Shown piece by piece: positions 17,736-26,282 of a DNA stretch of 39,855 nt. Origin of the DNA: an uncultured Armatimonadetes bacterium (lineage in GTDB: Bacteria; Armatimonadota; Fimbriimonadia; Fimbriimonadales; GBS-DC); the NCBI GenBank assembly GCA_937139515.1, contig CAKZQI010000298.1:1-39855 (forward strand), written 5' to 3'. The translations under genes were made by a program, and so were the position numbers. Each line of letters starts with the position of its first letter. Positions within the stretch are counted from its first letter, which is position 1. The notes beneath the pieces were generated by a model. That model searched no databases, had not been told where the DNA came from, and worked only from the letters and a program-made list of their open reading frames with translations.

Positions 17736-18289
17736 CGCTGGACGAAGCGTGGAACCTGCTTTGTGAGTACACTCAGTCGGAGTCGCTTCGCAAGCACGCT
17801 CTGGCGGTTTCGGCGAGCATGCGCTACTACGCCCGCCTGTTCGGCGAAGATGAAGAACTCTGGGGCGTGGTGGGACTGCTCCACGACTTTGACTACGAGC
17901 GCTACCCCTCGCTGGAGGAGCATCCGTTTCGCGGGATGGAGATATTGCGCCAGCGGGGTGTGTCCGAAGTGATTGTGCGGGCAGTGGGCGCGCACGCCAA
18001 CCACACAAGCATCCCGCGCGAAAGCCTACTGGAGCACGCTATCTTCGCCTGCGACGAAATCAGTGGGTTCGTGATTGCGGTGGCGCTGGTTCGCCCCAAC
18101 CGTTCGCTGAGCGAGGTGGACGCCCAAGCCGTGCGCAAAAAGATGAAGGACAAGGCGTTCGCACGGGGCGTGAACCGAGACGACCTACTCAACGGCGCGG
18201 AGGAGCTCGGTATCCCTTTTGACCAGCATGTACAAAATATCATCGAGGCGCTCAAACCCATCGCCACTCAGTTGGGGCTGAACCCTTGA
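17732..18289 (+). CDS. HD/HDIG-domain phosphohydrolase
   Basis: SLRKHALAV, GLLHDFDYE, AH, ACDE..G, KKMKDKAFARGVNR. ATGA overlap with the upstream gene. Confidence 0.9.
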   Translation: MTLDEAWNLLCEYTQSESLRKHALAVSASMRYYARLFGEDEELWGVVGLLHDFDYERYPSLEEHPFRGMEILRQRGVSEVIVRAVGAHANHTSIPRESLLEHAIFACDEISGFVIAVALVRPNRSLSEVDAQAVRKKMKDKAFARGVNRDDLLNGAEELGIPFDQHVQNIIEALKPIATQLGLNP

Positions 18290-19261
18290 AATCGGCATCC
18301 ACGCGCCTTCCGAAACCCGTGATTGCGCTGGGCGGTGTGAGCCTGCTCAACGACACCAGTAGCGAGATGCTCTACCCCGTGCTACCGCTGTTCCTGCGTC
18401 AGTTGGGCGCACCTGCGAGCGCGATTGGGCTGATTGAGGGCGTTGCGGAGGCGGTAGCGAGCCTGCTCAAACTCTTCTCAGGTTGGCTGGCAGACCGCTT
18501 GGGGCGCCACCGTGAACTGGCGTTTTGGGGCTACGCCATCTCGGTTCTCACACGCCCCTTCTACGGATGGGCGACCACCCCGTTCTATGTGCTTGCCCTG
18601 CGCACGACCGACCGCTTCGGCAAAGGCATTCGGAGTGCCCCCCGCGACGCCCTCTTAGCCAGCGCTGAGAGCCGATGATACGGGGGCGTGCGTTCGGCTT
18701 CCACCGTGCGATGGACAACCTCGGCGCGATGCTCGGTCCGCTTTTGGCGACTTTGGTGCTGACGCTGGCTTCCAACGACTATCGCTGGGTGTTTTGGGTG
18801 TCGGCGGTTCCTGCACTGCTATCGCTGGCGGTTTTTCGGTGGGGGGTGCCCGCTGTGTCGTTGTCTACAGCTCAGCACGTCGGTCGTCATCCGCTATCGG
18901 GTGCGAGGGCGCTGATTCGGGGCAGGTTGAGGGTGTTCGAAAAATCGTAGCACGGGCATCCTGCCCGTGAAAAATCGGGTAGGTCGGGGCAGAATGGGTC
19001 CGCTGGGAGCGCAGGCGTCTCGCCTGCATTGTCGTTGAGAACCGCTTGGTGAGGGATGCCCATGCCATGCATGCGGGCGGGACGCCCACGATCCCAGTGA
19101 TTTTTCAAACACCCTCGGGCAGGTTCGGTTGGTTCTTGCTATGGGACACCTTCGGGATGGCATTAGCATTCAGTTGGAGCGCTGGGCTGAGCCTGCTGGC
19201 GTGTGTGGGGCTGATGAGGATTCATAACGAGGGATGGCGTTCCGCCTGTGTCCTTAGTTGA
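18286..19261 (+). pseudogene. MFS transporter pseudogene (frameshift, MITE insertion and internal deletion)
   Basis: N-half motifs VSLLND.SSEM.YP.LP, GWLADR.G, DRFGKGIR.APRDAL. An extra AG in GAGAG (18667-18671) shifts the frame before RGRAFGFHRAMD. Family B insertion at 18929-19116. Only the last helix (WDTFG..LAF) of the C-half remains. Confidence 0.85.
18929..19116 (+). mobile_element. Family B MITE (188 bp) with 18-bp TIRs and a 9-bp target-site duplication
   Basis: TIRs GAGGGTGTTCGAAAAATC / GATTTTTCAAACACCCTC (1 mismatch). Flanking direct repeat GGGCAGGTT at 18920-18928 and 19117-19125. Internal REP-like hairpins. Confidence 0.9.
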
Positions 19262-19300
19262 GAAGCTTGTATTTACCTCACCCCTGACCCCCTCCTGGTA

Positions 19301-19661
19301 AGGGTACATCGCTTGAGTTCAAAATCACGCTAACTCATCCGTATTTTGACGGCTCTCCGTTAGCCCTCTCGCCCCAAATGTCATTCTGAGCGAAGCGAGG
19401 CTTTTCGCCTTCGGCTCAGAGTGACAAGACCCTTTGCTGACGCTCAGGGTGACAGGGTAGAGGACTGTCATTCTGGCGCCCCCCTTTTGTCATTCTGAGC
19501 GCAGTGAAGAATCTCCGTGCCACCCGAAGTAGAGACCCTTCGCTGGCGCTCAGGGTAACAGGGTGGGGTGTTCGGGTGGAAGCGAATCTCACGGCTCAGG
19601 GCTACTGCCTGCGTCTCAAAGTGGCAGGCGTTCTGGAAAATTGAACTCAACAATGTACCCC
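19301..19661 (-). mobile_element. Family A MITE-like repeat, copy 2 (complete, about 360 bp, TA-flanked)
   Basis: Imperfect TIRs AGGGTACATCGCTTGAGTTCAA ... TTGAACTCAACAATGTACCCC. TA at 19299-19300 and 19662-19663. Internal TGTCATTCTGAGCG-type palindromes. Confidence 0.75.
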
Positions 19662-19712
19662 TATCGGGGGGACTAAGCGGGGTAGGGTACAATTTCGAAG
19701 CAGGAGCAAGGG

Positions 19713-20210
19713 ATGAGAACGCAGGTTCAGTTTCTCAAGCGGTTATTAGAGCAGGCATACGAGGGCAGTCGCTGGCACAGTTTCCGTTCCGCTGTAGAGG
19801 GTCTCACCGACGACGAGGCGCTATGGGTGCCCCCCACAGGCTTCAAAGGATTCCGTTGGGCAGATGGTTCCATCCTCAAAATCATTTTTCATGTGGGCGC
19901 GGACAAAATCGTGCAGATTTCCACCGCATTTGGCGAGGGCGGAGTTGACTGGCTGGCGATGGAACACCGCTTCAAAGCGATGGGAGGCAACCTGCAAGCG
20001 GCGCTCCAGATTGCCCAAGAGGGACACGAAACGGTGCTGGACGCCATGGCTCCCCTGACCGATGACGACCTGGAAGTGGAGCGCCCCACCTACGGGAGCG
20101 GACGCATCACGACGGGCAGCCTGTTCTTGATGCTCGCGGAACACGATTTCTATCACGCAGGGCAAATCCAATACATTCGCGGTCTGATTTCCGCACAGCG
20201 AGGGAAGTAG
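19713..20210 (+). CDS. DinB/YfiT family metal-binding protein
   Basis: WHS...[37 protein letters not shown] and TACAAT upstream. Confidence 0.85.
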   Translation: MRTQVQFLKRLLEQAYEGSRWHSFRSAVEGLTDDEALWVPPTGFKGFRWADGSILKIIFHVGADKIVQISTAFGEGGVDWLAMEHRFKAMGGNLQAALQIAQEGHETVLDAMAPLTDDDLEVERPTYGSGRITTGSLFLMLAEHDFYHAGQIQYIRGLISAQRGK

Positions 20211-20212
20211 CC

Positions 20213-21385
20213 ATGACAAAGAAAACGGTTCGGGATGTGGAGGTTCAAGGCAAACGCGTGCTGGTGCGCGTGGATTTCAATGTCCCCCTCCAAGAGGGGC
20301 AGATTACCGACGATCGGCGTATCCGCGAGGCGCTCCCCACCATCCAGTATCTGCTGGAGCGAGGCGCGACAGTGGTGTTGATGTCGCACTTGGGGCGCCC
20401 GAAAGGTCAACCTGACCCGAAGTACAGCCTGCGTCCCGTTGCCAACCACCTCAGCGAACTGCTGGGGCGCCCCGTGCCCTTTTTTGAGGACTGTGTGGGC
20501 GAGGCGGTTGTAGAGGGGGTACGGTCGCTTGCGCTCGGCTCGGTGGCGCTGTTGGAGAACCTGCGCTTCCATCCTGAGGAAGAGGCGAACGACCCAGAAT
20601 TCGCTAAATCGCTGGCTCAGCTGGGTGAGCTGTATGTGAACGACGCGTTCGGCTCGGCACACCGCGCCCACGCCTCCACCGAGGGCGTAGCGCACTACCT
20701 GCCTGCGGTAGCGGGCTTGCTGATGGAGAAGGAGCTGAACTATCTGGGAGGGGCGCTCGCCCAGCCCGAACGCCCCTTCGTCGCTATCTTGGGTGGGGCG
20801 AAAGTGCACGACAAAATCGGCGTGATTGAGAACTTGCTTCCTAAGGTTGACCGCCTGCTCATCGGAGGTGGAATGGCGTTTACCTTCCTCAAGGCACAGG
20901 GCTACGAGGTGGGTAAGTCGCTGTTGGACGCCGAGAGCTTAGAGTTCGCACGCCGAGTGTTGGATCAAGCAGACGACAAGATTGTCTTGCCGACCGATGT
21001 GGTCGTCGCCGAGCGATTGGAGCCGAACCTCCCGACCGAGGTCGTGCCTGTCAGCGCTATCCCCGCCGATAAGATGGGACTGGACATCGGTTCGGAGACC
21101 GCCCAGCGTTTCAGTGAGGTGGTTCGCTCGGCACGCACCGTCGTATGGAACGGACCGCTGGGCGCTTTTGAGACCCCGCCGTTTGAACAAGGCACCCGCT
21201 CCGTGATGCAGACGCTGGCAGAATCGGGGGCACTTTCTATTCTGGGAGGGGGCGACACCGCCGCCTGCGCCGAGCAACTGGGCTTGGCAGACAAGATGAG
21301 CCACATCTCCACAGGTGGGGGCGCGTCGCTGGAGTTCTTAGAAGGGCGCACCCTGCCCGGCGTGGCAATCCTGCAAGACCGATAG
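20213..21385 (+). CDS. pgk: Phosphoglycerate kinase
   Basis: [62 protein letters not shown]. Confidence 0.98.
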   Translation: MTKKTVRDVEVQGKRVLVRVDFNVPLQEGQITDDRRIREALPTIQYLLERGATVVLMSHLGRPKGQPDPKYSLRPVANHLSELLGRPVPFFEDCVGEAVVEGVRSLALGSVALLENLRFHPEEEANDPEFAKSLAQLGELYVNDAFGSAHRAHASTEGVAHYLPAVAGLLMEKELNYLGGALAQPERPFVAILGGAKVHDKIGVIENLLPKVDRLLIGGGMAFTFLKAQGYEVGKSLLDAESLEFARRVLDQADDKIVLPTDVVVAERLEPNLPTEVVPVSAIPADKMGLDIGSETAQRFSEVVRSARTVVWNGPLGAFETPPFEQGTRSVMQTLAESGALSILGGGDTAACAEQLGLADKMSHISTGGGASLEFLEGRTLPGVAILQDR

Positions 21386-21402
21386 GCAGGTATACTCGTT
21401 AG

Positions 21403-21798
21403 ATGGAGGTGGAAATGGCGAAAAAGGCGGTTTTATCCCACGACGCTCCTGCTCCTATCGGACCCTACTCCCAAGCGGTTGAGGTCGGCAGTTGGATTTT
21501 CATTTCGGGGCAAATCCCCATAGACCCCACAACAGGCAAACTGGTGGAGGGGGGGATTAGCACGCAAACCCGACAAGTTCTGAACAATCTACAAGCCGTG
21601 CTGACCGCAGTGGGACTAAATATGGACGCGGTGGTCAAGACCACGATTTATCTAACCGACTTAGGTGAGTTCAGCCTAGTAAACGAGATTTACGAGGAGT
21701 ACTTTCAACCGCCCTATCCTGCACGCGCCACCGTGGAGGTGTCAGCACTGCCGCGGGGCGTGCGGATAGAAATAGAGGCGATCGCCTACAAACGATGA
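21403..21798 (+). CDS. ridA: RidA/YjgF/UK114 family enamine deaminase
   Basis: APAPIGPYSQA, SGQIP, VVKTTIYL, YPARATV.V..LP....IEIEAIA. Start is 21403 or 21415. Confidence 0.92.
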   Translation: MEVEMAKKAVLSHDAPAPIGPYSQAVEVGSWIFISGQIPIDPTTGKLVEGGISTQTRQVLNNLQAVLTAVGLNMDAVVKTTIYLTDLGEFSLVNEIYEEYFQPPYPARATVEVSALPRGVRIEIEAIAYKR

Positions 21799-23225
21799 GA
21801 ACTGCACAGAAGATGCTCATCGGTGGGCACCTGGTGGGTGCCAACCAGTGGCTGGAAGTGTTAGACCCCTACTCGGGGGAGCCTTTAGACCATGTGGCGC
21901 GCGGAACCGCGCAACATGTAGACCAAGCGGTGGCAATCGCCCGACACGGCGCCGACCTGATGCGCGAAATGCCCCTCTCTCAACGGGCGCATGTGCTCAA
22001 GCAGGTTGCGCACCTGATTCGTCAGGAGCAGGAGGCATTGATTACTCTGCTGGTGCGCGAGACGGGCAAGCGTCTTGTAGAAGCGCGGGCGGAGGTGGAG
22101 CGTACTATCATCCTGTTTGAACTCGCTGCGGGGGCGTGCCATCACCCCCGAGCCACTCAGTTCTCGCCCGAAACCTTCTCCGATGGCGTCTCGCGGTTCG
22201 GCTTCTGGGCACGGGAGCCTCGCGGGGTGGTCGTATCCATTCTGGCGTTCAATCTGCCCTTGGTGAGCGCTGCGCAGAAGACCGCACCGGCGATTGCAGC
22301 GGGGAATGCTATCCTCCTCAAACCTTCCACCGATGCGCCGTTGACCTGCTTGCGTCTGGGGTTGCTTCTCTATCGGGCGGGTCTTCCCACCGAAGCGCTG
22401 AGCATCCTCACGGGCAAGGGCGACGAGATAGGCGACGCGCTCGCTAAACACGAGGCGGTGGACCTGCTGACCTTTACCGGGAGCCGAGAAGTGGGGCTGA
22501 AACTACCAGCCAACGCTAGCTCCAAACAAATCTGGATGGAGTTGGAAAGCGTCGGCGGGGTGGTCTTGACCGAAAGCGCCTCGGTGGAGCGCGTCGCAGA
22601 GAAGGTCGCCTGCTGTGGGTTCATCATGGCGGGGCAGTCCGCAAGTGCCATTCAACATGTGTGGGTGCCAAGCAAGCTGCGCCAAGCGTTCTTAGACCAC
22701 CTGATACCACGATTGCAAGCCCTCCAGGTAGGCGACCCGATGGACGAGGCGACCACCCTCGGACCGCTGATTAACCCCAATGCGCTGGAGCGGGTGAGCC
22801 GATGGGTTCAAGAAGCGATTGAGGGACGCGCGAAGGTGCTGTTGGGCGCGCAGGCACAACCGCCGTTCTACCTGCCCACCGTGTTGGAAGAGGTACCCAC
22901 CAACTGTATGCTCTATCGCGAAGCGGTGTTCGGTCCTGTGGTGCTCCTGCACACCTACGACGACCTAATGGCGCTCGTGCCCACCCTGAATGCGCTGGAG
23001 CCGGGGCTTCACTTGGGGCTGTTCACGCGCGACCTGCACGAGGCGTTCCAAGTGGCTCGGCGTGTGCGGGCGCTCTCGGTGCATATCAACGAGGTGCCCC
23101 TCTCGCCCACCGACCCGCTCATCAAAGGCGACCTTCAGGAACACCATATGTGCTTGGAAGATATGCGCTCACGGATTGAGCAGATGAGCCTTCCCAAATA
23201 TGTGGTGTTCTCGGCGATGGAATAG
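21795..23225 (+). CDS. Aldehyde dehydrogenase-fold protein lacking the catalytic cysteine
   Basis: ETGK, REPRGVV, FNLP, APAIAAGN..LKPS, FTGS, MELE and FGPV are present, but GQxC reads GQSA. Confidence 0.85.
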   Translation: MRTAQKMLIGGHLVGANQWLEVLDPYSGEPLDHVARGTAQHVDQAVAIARHGADLMREMPLSQRAHVLKQVAHLIRQEQEALITLLVRETGKRLVEARAEVERTIILFELAAGACHHPRATQFSPETFSDGVSRFGFWAREPRGVVVSILAFNLPLVSAAQKTAPAIAAGNAILLKPSTDAPLTCLRLGLLLYRAGLPTEALSILTGKGDEIGDALAKHEAVDLLTFTGSREVGLKLPANASSKQIWMELESVGGVVLTESASVERVAEKVACCGFIMAGQSASAIQHVWVPSKLRQAFLDHLIPRLQALQVGDPMDEATTLGPLINPNALERVSRWVQEAIEGRAKVLLGAQAQPPFYLPTVLEEVPTNCMLYREAVFGPVVLLHTYDDLMALVPTLNALEPGLHLGLFTRDLHEAFQVARRVRALSVHINEVPLSPTDPLIKGDLQEHHMCLEDMRSRIEQMSLPKYVVFSAME

Positions 23226-23231
23226 GCAGGG

Positions 23232-23915
23232 ATGACACGGCTTGGCGGATTCGGGATGGCGCTACTGCTCCTTTGGTTGGGTGGATGTGCGCGTTTCCCC
23301 GATGCCCCTCCCGGAGGCGGGGTGCGTCGGCTGGTGATAGAGATGCAGGTGGCAGGACGGATTCGCCCTGAATACCACTACTTCGTGCTGTTCAACCTCA
23401 GCAACGACCCCACTGGGCAAGCGGGTCCCGTGCCCGTGCTGGTTCCGCCTTGGGGCAACGGCTTTGCAGGAGGCGCCTTCACCCACTTCATGCGCTTTGA
23501 CCGCTTCCAACCCCAAGCGCGCTACGCCCTCTACCGCGTAGTGCAGGGCACGAACCTCTCGGTCTTTGAGTTCCTCGGCGTGCCCATCTCGGTTCAGCCA
23601 GTGAGTGCCGAGTCGAACCGCTTGCGCTTTGAAATCCTGCTCACCCAGTTCATCCCCGACCCTGAAGATGCTCAAGCGATGCAGTTTATCCAGTTGAACT
23701 TTATCGCCACCGACCGCGTGCCGATAGACCCCAACGACACCACCCCCAAGGTGAGCGATGCGCTTGGAGCGCCCGGCTTGGGACAGTACCTGAACCTGCG
23801 CATTGACCAAGACCGGATTATTCGTAATCTGGACACGGGGCTGGAGAGCGGGGGCGATGTGGCAGACCCTGATTTAGACATCGTGGACTGGCGCGTGGAG
23901 GTGCGTACCCTGTGA
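23232..23915 (+). CDS. Predicted lipoprotein of unknown function
   Basis: Signal peptide ending in the lipobox LGGC, followed by a beta-rich domain. Lies in the pgk-ridA gene run. Confidence 0.7.
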   Translation: MTRLGGFGMALLLLWLGGCARFPDAPPGGGVRRLVIEMQVAGRIRPEYHYFVLFNLSNDPTGQAGPVPVLVPPWGNGFAGGAFTHFMRFDRFQPQARYALYRVVQGTNLSVFEFLGVPISVQPVSAESNRLRFEILLTQFIPDPEDAQAMQFIQLNFIATDRVPIDPNDTTPKVSDALGAPGLGQYLNLRIDQDRIIRNLDTGLESGGDVADPDLDIVDWRVEVRTL

Positions 23916-26278
23916 AGCCCGAGATGCCCGCGCTCACGCGCCTTGAGGTCATGCGCGGACTGCGCTGGGCGAACTGGGACGCTATCTTCATCACGCTCTA
24001 TATCGCCCTCACGACGGGCGCATTTCAGATTGGTTTAGCACGCTATTTTGGAGCGAACGACCTCTGGATTGGTATCATCACCTCGGTGCCCTCGTTGGCG
24101 GGCGCACTCCAGATTTTCACCGCCTACCTCGCTGACACCACACCCAGCCGCAAGCTGATGGTGCTGAAGTACGCTACCCTCTCACGCATTCCGCTATTGC
24201 TGATTGCGGTGTTGCCGTTCCTGTCGCCCGATTTCCCGCGCCTGTTCTCCTTCACGGCGCTCTTAATCCTCTCAGCGGTGATTGGGGCGTTTGCGGGACC
24301 TGCGTTCCTTGCATGGCTGAGCGACCTTGTACCACCTGACCATCGGGGGCGCTATTTCGGCAGGCGCAATATGATTTTGGGGCTGGTCTCGGCGGGTGCG
24401 GCGCTCCCTCCAGCGATTTTCTTGGACCAAGCCGTGAAGTACGAGCGTTTCCCCCAGACGGTGGCGTTCGGGGTGCTGTTTGGGTTGGGGGCGTTGTTCA
24501 CTTTCGCTTCGCTGTGGGCGTTGAGCCGAATGCCCGAACCGCCTCGCATACCTGCCACCGCGCGCGGGTTGAAGGGGATACTGGACTTTTACCGTGAGCC
24601 GTTCCGCTCGCGCAACTTCCGCCTCCTGCTTGGGTTCAACTCCTTCCTGGTGTTCGGGCAGATGTTCGCAGGGCAGTTCTTCACCGTCTACATGCTGGAG
24701 CAAATCAAGATGCCCTACCTGATGGTGCAGGTGACGGGGTTGGTCGCCGCTCTGTTCAGCAGTCTGGCGATGCCGGTGTGGGGCTATCTGGCGGACAAGT
24801 TTGGCAACAAGCCCCTGCTCATCCTCTCGCTGGGTGGGGTGACCTTTTTGCCCTACCTGTGGTTTTTGACCGACCCTGAACGCTACTTGTGGAGTGTGGG
24901 CGTGATTATGCTGATTCAGGTGTTCGCTGGGTCGCTCTGGGCGGGAGTCGGTTTGACCCAGTTCAACTTGAATGTGGCGGTGGCGCCTCCTCAACAGCGC
25001 GCGGTGTACATGGGAGCGCTGTCTACCGTCGTGGCGGTGATGGGGGGCATCGCCGCATTCGGCAGTGGTGCGGTGATGGAAGCGCTCAAGCCATATGTGG
25101 CAGACCCAGCGCGCTTTTTCATTCTGTTCGCCTGCGCCTCAGCCTTCCGACTGCTCGCCTTTCCGTGGCTCAGGGGCATCCAAGAACCGGAGGGGCGCAG
25201 CGCAGGCTATGTGATTGCCCAGCTCCGTTCCTCGGTGCGCCCGCGAGGGTGGCGCGCGATGCGTCAACTACGCCGTCAATCGGACGAGGCGACCCGCCTG
25301 CAAGCGATACGCACTCTCGCCCAAGAGCGCACGCCCTTGGCGGTGGAGGAGCTGGTCAGCGCGCTGAGCGACCCTGTGCTGGAGGTGCGCCGTGAGGCGG
25401 CGCGTGCGCTGGGCGAGATTGGCGATGCGCGCGCCGTGCCCGCCCTGCTGAGAGCGATGCAAGACCCTGCCAGCAACATCCTGCTGGAGTGCGCAGAGGC
25501 ACTCGGCAAAATCGGCAGCCCTGAGGCGGTGCCCGAGCTCGTGCAGTTGTTAGACCATCCGACGATTGAGGCGCGGATGTCGGCGATTCAAGCCCTCCGC
25601 CAGATTGTAGACCCCCGCGCCCTCACGCCCCTGATTGAACGGCTCCCTCACGTGCCCGGTCCGCTGGAGCAGTCCAGTTTGCTGGAGGCAATTGAGGCGA
25701 CGCTCAGCCGAGTTTCAGACCCGCACCTGCTGAGCAATGTTTCGGGGTTGGAGAGCCTCCCTGCGTGGCTCGATTCGCCTCATCCGAATGTACGCGCTGA
25801 TTGTGCGGGTGCGCTGGCGCAACTACCCTCTGACCCCCAGCTGGCTCCGATTTTGCGTTCCCACCTGAAAGACGAGACTGACCCTGCGGTGTTGACCAAC
25901 TTGGCGCGCGCTATAGCCCAACACGGCGCTCTGGGCGACCTACCGTTGTTAGCGCAAGGGATGGCGCGGGTTCAGTCGCCTCTGGCGCGTCAGCAGGTGG
26001 CGCTGAGTATTGCGCGCTTGGCAGGACAATACGAACGGCTCTATGCCCTACTGACTGCCGACGAGATGGGGCGCGACCGCTTATTGGAGCGTCTGCTGGC
26101 GCCTCACCTGCGGGAACATCCCGAACTGTCGGACGCACTGCGTGCCTACGCTTACGGCGACTATCGCACGGCGTTGGAAACCCTGCTCAGCGTCTATCCA
26201 GACCACCCCCTGCTGACAGCGATACGCGCCGTGCCCGATTGCGTTGAATCATGGTTGCTCGCAGTGAGTTTGATTTAG
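23912..26278 (+). CDS. MFS transporter fused to C-terminal HEAT/PBS-lyase repeats
   Basis: About 12 hydrophobic segments with WLSDLVP...RGRYFG.R and WGYLADKFGNKP, followed by repeats LSDP..EVRREAARALGEIGD.RAVPAL. Confidence 0.87.
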   Translation: MKPEMPALTRLEVMRGLRWANWDAIFITLYIALTTGAFQIGLARYFGANDLWIGIITSVPSLAGALQIFTAYLADTTPSRKLMVLKYATLSRIPLLLIAVLPFLSPDFPRLFSFTALLILSAVIGAFAGPAFLAWLSDLVPPDHRGRYFGRRNMILGLVSAGAALPPAIFLDQAVKYERFPQTVAFGVLFGLGALFTFASLWALSRMPEPPRIPATARGLKGILDFYREPFRSRNFRLLLGFNSFLVFGQMFAGQFFTVYMLEQIKMPYLMVQVTGLVAALFSSLAMPVWGYLADKFGNKPLLILSLGGVTFLPYLWFLTDPERYLWSVGVIMLIQVFAGSLWAGVGLTQFNLNVAVAPPQQRAVYMGALSTVVAVMGGIAAFGSGAVMEALKPYVADPARFFILFACASAFRLLAFPWLRGIQEPEGRSAGYVIAQLRSSVRPRGWRAMRQLRRQSDEATRLQAIRTLAQERTPLAVEELVSALSDPVLEVRREAARALGEIGDARAVPALLRAMQDPASNILLECAEALGKIGSPEAVPELVQLLDHPTIEARMSAIQALRQIVDPRALTPLIERLPHVPGPLEQSSLLEAIEATLSRVSDPHLLSNVSGLESLPAWLDSPHPNVRADCAGALAQLPSDPQLAPILRSHLKDETDPAVLTNLARAIAQHGALGDLPLLAQGMARVQSPLARQQVALSIARLAGQYERLYALLTADEMGRDRLLERLLAPHLREHPELSDALRAYAYGDYRTALETLLSVYPDHPLLTAIRAVPDCVESWLLAVSLI

Positions 26279-26282
26279 GCAA

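Noticed and set aside
21795-23225. Functional non-phosphorylating GAPDH (GapN) next to pgk
   Set aside because: The catalytic cysteine is absent, so activity cannot be supported.
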